Of a stretch of 64,000 nt of DNA, positions 57,163 to 64,000 are shown one piece after another. How positions within the stretch are numbered: position 1 is the stretch's first letter; every line of letters begins with the position of its first letter. Position numbers and translations under genes: made by a program. The DNA is taken from NCBI GenBank assembly GCA_002269645.1, contig NIVC01002803.1, positions 75,315 to 139,314 of the forward strand, written 5' to 3'. The stretch is from Macrostomum lignano. Taxonomy: Eukaryota. The notes under the pieces were generated by a model, which was not told the origin of the DNA, did no database searches, and saw nothing but the letters and a program-made list of their open reading frames with translations.

Positions 57163-60100
57163 ATGTCACGGGCGCGTGGAGATAGGGTCGTAGAAGCTGT
57201 GTGCGCAGACGCCCCTGGTCAACCACCCTCGGCCGCTGACACCCCAGCAGTTGCCGCCCCCGCAGCCGCAATGGCCGCAGCCGCTGGTAATCAGGCCAAC
57301 CAGCCTCCAGATGCAGTAGTTACTGATGAGCCTGACATAGGAGCTGCCGCTCCTAACCCAGAATCAGGGGGGCATGTCGCCGTTGCGGCTCCTCCCGTTT
57401 GTCAACCTTCTTCAGTCATCGTCCTAGAACCGAAGGTACGCCCCAGTTTCATCTCGACCCATTCAATGAGTCACGGGACAACATCTTCCTGTGGGTGGGG
57501 CGGCTCGAATTCAAGTTCAAAGTGGAGGACATCAGCACCGATGCCGATAGAATCCTCACCCTAATCAGCCACCTACAAGGCGAACAGCAAGATATCGTCG
57601 TCGGCCAGGCGAGGCGGCTTGGCACCTATTCTCAGCTGCGTGACATGCTGGTGGAACGTTGCGTAAGTGTGTGGAGCCCCATGGCCCGACACTGCTTCAA
57701 CCAGACGCTGGAGCAGGAGCCCGAGGAGAGTGACTTCCGCTTCGCGACCCGCCTGCTCCGCACCCTCCAGTGGACCATGCGTGGCCGGCCGCCGGACGAG
57801 ATTGATCTGGAAGCGCAACTTGCCTATATGTCCAAGGCCCGGATGCCGCGAGATGTGCGAATTCAGCTCCTGGCGCAACGACAGTTCCCCGATGTGACCG
57901 CTCTCGTGACTCGTCACCAGGAGCTGAGCGAAGCCGTACAGTTGGCGGAGGCCTTCGACACCGACTCGCCGGCCCAGCCAGAAGAAACCGAACCCGACCA
58001 GCCAACACCGTCTCTACCTTCGCCACCGCCGCCGTCTCCTCCGAAGGCTTGGTGGGTGGCGACGGGAGGCGATATGGAACTAACACCGTGGTCGGAGACT
58101 ACCGTCAGAGTGCGAGGGCGACCTTGGGAAGGCGACTGTCTGGTGGAGGGAGTCGACATGGAAGCCTTCCCGGAGATCGCGGTCAGTCGCTCGTTGGACC
58201 AAGCCGTAGACGGGTGGGTCCGAGTTCGCCTCATCAACTGGTCCGAAGAACCGGTACAGCTGCCCGCTGGCACGGTAGTAGCGCAGGCGAGCGCCTTAAA
58301 GGAAGTGGCCCTGGTCAACCGGATTACGCCAATGGGCAACACCGGGCCCGGCCCCACAGCCACTCCAAAGGATTCAACAGCTGCCAGGAAGCCGCCGGAC
58401 TGGATGAAAGACCTGGAGATGGGCAGTCAACTCTCTCCCCAGGAGCGGCAACGGCTATTACGCCTACTCAACGACAACACCGATGTCTTCGCCGAGGAGG
58501 AGAACGACCTGCGGGTCACCGACGTCGTCACACACGAAATCAAGTTGACGGACTCGAGGCCCGTCAAGATGCATCCAAGACGCCTCCCTCAGGCCTACCA
58601 GGAAGAAGTGCGGCACCAGGTGCAGGGCTGGCTGGAGACCGGCAAGGTAAAGGTCTCCAAGAGTCCTTACTCCTCCGCGTTGGTCTTGGTCCCCAAAAGC
58701 GATGGATCGTTACGAGTGTGCATCGATTTCCGGGAGGTCAACGAGCGCAGCGTGGCCGAGGTAACCCCTCTGCCTCGAATCGATGAGCTGCTGGCTTCGC
58801 TGGGCGGGTCGGCGTACTTCACGTCCCTCGATCTGCGGAGCGGTTACCACCAAGTGCCCATCCAGCCGGAATGCCGCCCCTACACTGCATTCGCTGTGCC
58901 CAATATGGGGCTGTTTGAATGGAACGTAATGCCGTTCGGACTGAAGGGCGCCCCAAGTACCTTCTCTCGGCTGATGAACCTGGTGTTGGCCGAGCTCCAA
59001 CCCGCAATCGCAATGGCCTACATTGACGATGTCATCGTGCATTCTCGCGATTTTAGCACCCACCTGAATCACCTGCAACTTGTCTTTAACAAATTAAGAA
59101 CAGCAAACCTGCGGCTGAAGCCGTCCAAGTGTGCTTTCGCCAAATCCGAGGTCACCTTTCTAGGATATGTGGTCTCGAGAGAGGGCGTCGCACCCTGCCC
59201 GCACAAGACGTGTGCCATTGACACCTGGCCGCGGCCCCAGAGCGTCACGGAGGTCCGCCAATTCTTGGGGAAGGCCGGATATTATCGGCAGTTTATTCCC
59301 GACTACAGTGAGGTGGCCGCACCACTGCACGCCCTGACTAAGAAAGGGACGAAGGACATCCCGGGTCGCTGGGGGCCCGAGCAGGAACAAGCATTCGAGA
59401 AGTTAAAGCGCGCCTTGGTTACCGCCCCGGTGCTGCACCACCCAGATTTCGGGCCTCAGGCGGGCATCTTCGTGCTCGACTGCGACGCGAGCTTGAATGC
59501 CCTGGGTGCAGTCCTCAGCCAGAGGCAAGCGGACGGAAGTGAGCGGGTCATCGCCTACGGGAGCCGAAGTCTGGTGTCTAGTGAGCGTAACCACTGTGTC
59601 ACCAAACTGGAGATGCTCAGCCTAGTGTTCTTTACGCGACAATTCCGGTATTACCTGCTAGGTCGCCGCTTCATCGTCCGCACTGACCACCGCTCTCTGA
59701 CGTGGCTAAGAAATTTCAAGGAGCCGACCGGATTGATCGCTCGCTGGTTTACTCACCTCGCTGAGTACGATTTCGAAGTGGAATACCGCCCTGGGCGGCT
59801 ACACACCAACGCCGACGCGCTCAGTCGCCGGCCTGCACACCAGCATGGGGACTGTCCCATCTGCCGACCGCCAGAGGACGCCCGACCACCAGGGGAGCTG
59901 GACGAGGACTTGCGAACTTTCCGAGTGGAGACAAAGAGGCGTCTGCTGGAACAGCGGGACCTCCTCAGCAAGGCGGAGCTCATGGAAGCGCAAAGGAAGG
60001 ACCCTGCCTTGGCCTGGATCATGCGACGACTAGGAGAAGGTGCAGAGAAAGCCCCGCCAGCTGGGACGGAATTGTGCCCACCCTTGGTGCGCCGGGTGGC

Positions 60101-61793
60101 CCCTTTTTGGGGCTTGCTCAGTGTGGACGAGGGCGTACTAAGGATTGATGTGGAGGGGGTCGCGGCCAAGAAGAAAATCGTGTTGCCCGAAAGCTTGGAC
60201 CAGAAGGTGTTCCGGTTGCTGCACGACGATCCTCTGGCCGGGCACTTTGGGCGAAGGAAAGTGGACGAGCGCTTTCGCCAACGGTTCTGGCGCCCCGGCC
60301 TGCACCGACGGATCGCCGAGATGTGTGCGGCCTGCGAGTGCTGTTTGCGGTCCAAGCCGCACAAGCGGGCCAAAGCTTCGCCGCAATCTCTTGAACTTAG
60401 CGAGAAGTTCTCTCGCATTCACTTGGATTTTGTGGGGCCCCTGGGTCGAGGCCAGAAGTCAAGGAAGGGGAACACCAGTATCCTCACGGTGACGGACAGC
60501 TACACCGGCTGGGTCGAAGCTTACCCTACCCGGGACCAGACATCGAAGACCGTCATCCGTCTGCTGGTGCAGGAATACATACCGAGGTTCGGAGTACCTG
60601 ACTGGATACACACGGATCAGGGACAGCACTTTGAGTCCCGGGACTTCCAGCGCTTTTGTGACTCTCTGGGTATCCGCAAAACCCGCACGACGCCATACCA
60701 TCCTCAATGCAATGGGAAGGCCGAAGTCCAGCACCGCACGATCCGGGCCCTGTTGACGGCGCAGCTGGAACAGGACCACGACTTGTGGGATGAGAAGCTG
60801 CCGGCATGCCTCCTGGCGATGCGTTCCAGCCTGAACCGCATGACGGGGTATTCCGCGTTCAGCTTAACGTACGGGCAAGAGGCTCGACTGCCCTTGGACG
60901 TCGCTCTCGAGCCAGCTGAGGCCGCTCCCGGGCATGCTGCCTACGCGGCCCGTCTGGCGGCGTATCTCGATCAGGCGCGCGCAGATATCGAGGAAAAGTT
61001 CGAGACCCGAGTTCAACACCAAGCGCGCCGACCGCAGAAGTGCCGCAGCCTGGACATCGGTGACATTGTGTTCTTGGCCAACCCTCATCTGGAAGAATGG
61101 GAGATTCCTAAGTTTCACAAGGCGTTCACCGGCCCCTGGAAGGTGGTGGCCCAGCCGTCCCAGGCCGTGTTCGACATCGCCCCGGTGCACCCCCAGCCAG
61201 GCAGGCCCGCGGTATACCGGACCCATCGCGATACGCTCCGTCCCGCGCCGGCCCAATATCAGCCCGAGGTGCCTCAGGCAGCTGCCCGCAAGTCTCCTGC
61301 CGGACCGGGCCGACCACCAGTTCGCCCAGCGCCTCGAGCCCCGGAAGCACCGCAGTGGTTCCCCGACTCCGATTCGGAGGAAGAAGAGGAAATGTATGTC
61401 AGATGGCCTCTGCGAAACCGGCTCCCTCCGGTGACGGTTCCCGCCGAAGTAGCATTGCCGCCGGCAAACCATCCAACCCAACCAGTTGACGTCCCAGAGC
61501 CCGCCGCCGATCAGGAACCAGTAGAGCAGGGCCCGCCAGCCCCCGAACTGCCCACGCCCCCCGCAGCGGGAGAGCTCGAAGCCAACGAGGAACCGCTGGA
61601 TGAGCCACCGTTGGGCCCCGTGTTGCGCCCTCGGGCTGCCCTGAGGCGCCCAGAACGTTGGGGTTACGAGGTGCGGCGGCTGGATTCGACCCAGGAGGCA
61701 GATGACTCCGACTACGACTGGGGCCCTCCATCGGACCCAGAGGACTGCTGGAACAGCAGCATCAGTGGGTCACTTGACTGGGATCCTCCCTGA
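57163..61793 (+). CDS. Gag-pol polyprotein (capsid-like, RT, RNase H, integrase); -1 frameshift at 57441-57444 near the N-terminus
   Basis: RT LRVCIDFREVN, LDLRSGYHQV, MPFGLKGAP, YIDD (59019-59030); RNase H DCDAS, EMLSL, TDHRSL; integrase HDDPLAGH..C..C, HLDFVGP, HTDQG, NGKAE. The ATG at 57163 joins the long ORF only via a 1-nt shift in CCCC. Confidence 0.92.
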
Positions 61794-62690
61794 GGTGCCA
61801 CTCTTGCGGGTCAGCCCCTGGCCCCGTGGAGATTAGAATCATTATTAGGACGATGACTTCACCTTAGGCACTGTACCGTATGACAAGATATATTTTACTA
61901 CTGCAATTGGCTCAGTTTGACATGAAAGGCATGGCGAATGGGTGGATCTCGCATAATGTACAGGTGAAAAGAAATCAGGTTGGTGATGGGACTTACCGAG
62001 TAGTTGTATAGTTTGGAAAATCGCGCTGAGTGCCTTGGTTGGAAACTGCGACTCCGTGTAGGTTGCAGGCAGCCGGCTCCCGTTATCAGTGGCGCCTTTT
62101 ATACAGTGGCCAGCGCACGGCGCGGCGCCTCCCAGCCTACAACCGATCGCCCCGAAGCCCTCTGACTGGCTGAAGCGGGGTCCGAGCCTTCAAGGACGCT
62201 AGGCCTCCGTGCGGTTGAACTCCCGGCGAAATTAGCTTATTAATTTACTGCGCTGCATTAGTATTTTTCCCCTGTGTAATTGTCATTCTCCCCGAGGCTC
62301 TGCCCTTGGCTGTGTGCTAGCAACCCTTCCCCCCTTCTTTTTCCCCACTTCCCTCACCCTTCCCCGTTTCCTCTCTTTCCCAGCTGCGCTTCTATCCAAT
62401 TATGATAATTTATTGTTGACAATTCGCTATTTTTCTCCCTACTATTGCGCTGTCTGTGTTTCCCCCCTCCCACTTTAGCCACAGCAACAGTTGAAATTTT
62501 TGAAATTCTGTATTGCACTCCAACCTATGTATCTCGTTTGTGAATTTATTGCTATCCCCTCTATTTTATCGCCTTTTTCCATTCCCGCTCGCGGTTTGTT
62601 AATTCTGTGATTTCACGTTCGGTTGAGATCCCGCTCCCGTCTGTGTGGTTCCATGTTGGGCAGTGATGATGACGGAACCAGTTCCGTCAC

Positions 62691-62707
62691 AAAAGGCAGT
62701 GGGGGTG
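62691..62707 (+). other. Polypurine-tract-like sequence
   Basis: AAAAGGCAGTGGGGGTG immediately before the 3' LTR. Confidence 0.7.
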
Positions 62708-64000
62708 TGATGTAACCACGCTCTGGTCGCGGGATAGGGCATGGGAACTTTTTCGAAAGTGCCTCCTATCCCGTGCACCCTCTGCACAGAGCTGTCGAGA
62801 CTCGGCCAGGTCTCCGACCGGCCTGGAGACTCCCGCTCTGCTGCACCCCTCCTGCTGCCTTGGTCCCGTCTCTCCTGCCGCCACACCTGCCTTTCCGGAG
62901 CCCCTACCCCTTTCTGTACCTCCCCCTCTACCCTATCTCTTCTGTTCCCGCCCTATTCTTCCTGTACTTTCTCTACCTCCTCCCTTTTTTTGTCTCCCTC
63001 TGCACTCTTTTCCTGCGCTGTCCCCTCTTTCCCTGTGTCTACTTACAGTACTTTGTGTGCTCACCGTCTCCCCATCCCCTCTCAAACTCCCAAACGGTGA
63101 CGCAAGTCGTGTGACCCCTTCTCCCCTCGGTGACTCATCGATGACTCATCCCCCTCTCTTGCGCAACCTTTTCTCACGCTATTGTTCTCCTTCCCAAATT
63201 TCTCATGTGACACCCACCCCACCTCCGCTTCTATTGTTCTCGTTTTTGCTTCTTTTGTTCTCTCGACCCCCACCAATTATCACATTTTCTCCGATTTTCT
63301 CTTTCTTTTGTTCTCGTTTTCGCACCTAATTATCACCTTTTCTCCAATGTTTACTTTTCCATTGTTCTCAGTTTTCCCCAATTATCCCCGATTTCCAATT
63401 CCTTTGTTCTCGACCCCAGCCCTATTGTTCTCAATGTTTGCTTGCGCAACACTTTCGCGACCACCCGCTGCGCCAATTATCCCCCCACCCCACCTCCGGA
63501 TTGCGCAATTTCCCGATTTCTCATGTTGCTATGCCGGTCTCATGCTTCTCATCATGACTCATTCTGACGTCATTCTGCCGGCAGCCAATCAGAGAGAGGG
63601 AGCCATGGTAACGACCTTGAGGAGGCGGCTGTGAGGTCTATAAAAGGAAGCGATTTCGGCATGAGAATACTCAACTGAGTTTATCTCTGTTCCTCTCCTC
63701 GTCCTTCTTTGGACTTGCTGTCAGATTGAGTTCTGACCCATTCGTCTATAAGACGAATCCCTGCCGGTCCGCGGTCTGTTACCGCCAAGTTATCCTTAGC
63801 TCCCCAAGTGAGCTCGCCTATCGGCCAGCGGTCTGATACCGCCCAGCATCATCAGCATCGCCTGATCTACATCAGCGCCTCGTCGCTCCAGCGCATCGCC
63901 GCTTCACCGTCTGCCTGACTGCAGCCTACAGCCGCCCTCGGTCACTCCGCTCTCTCTCTCTCTCTGTGCAGCTGCCGGTAAGTTCCTACTACTATTTGTG
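62708..64000 (+). repeat. 3' LTR (partial)
   Basis: Direct repeat of 52591-~53885; the differences seen are mostly 1-bp homopolymer indels. Confidence 0.95.

Larger units (their letters stand above)
52591..64000 (+). mobile_element. Gypsy/Ty3-type LTR retrotransposon (3' LTR runs off the window; predicted ~12.3 kb)
   Basis: 5' LTR 52591-54810, PBS 54814-54831, gag-pol 57163-61793 in PR-less RT-RNaseH-IN order, PPT 62691-62707, 3' LTR from 62708. Confidence 0.95.

Noticed and set aside
57436-57450. Programmed -1 ribosomal frameshift in gag
   Set aside because: There is no X XXY YYZ slippery heptamer, the site is at the start of the capsid rather than at the gag-pol junction, and it matches the homopolymer-error pattern.

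Overview
Animal genomic DNA with GC-rich exons, minisatellite-filled introns and many transposons. The style resembles a flatworm such as Macrostomum, but that is inference only. By manual exon assembly I support five host genes: (1) a 6-exon CCDC170 on the minus strand (8578-15718, 765 aa); (2) a 7-exon, highly divergent cullin (minus, 38422-44790, about 871 aa) that keeps the neddylation lysine; (3) a large 4-finger C2H2 zinc-finger gene (plus, 29746-35093) with a -1 frameshift in a G4 run; (4) a single-exon prepropeptide predicted to release FIHIHF-amide (5879-6067); (5) a 3-exon prepropeptide predicted to release a 29-aa ...QRVRM-amide, with an NPY/NPF-type phase-2 intron in the penultimate Arg codon (16332-16930). 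There is also an orphan ionotropic-glutamate-receptor-like terminal segment. Mobile elements: a hAT-type MITE with an 8-bp TSD, a decayed RTE-like LINE, a decayed mariner, a tRNA-like SINE head, a Ulp1-protease+PHD fragment between inverted 167-bp arrays, and an IR/DR Tc1. A young Gypsy-type LTR retrotransposon has inserted into the right TIR of that Tc1; it has a 2220-bp 5' LTR, a tRNA-Leu PBS, and a gag-pol lacking any visible protease or zinc knuckle. The most interesting leads are the two amidated-peptide precursors, the protease-less LTR element with a predicted PBS-removing intron, the divergent cullin, and tandem CTCAG|GTAG arrays in sense orientation in introns of two genes. Most long ORFs in the supplied track over repeats are artefacts. 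All exon models are read by eye and are unverified by transcripts or homology searches.
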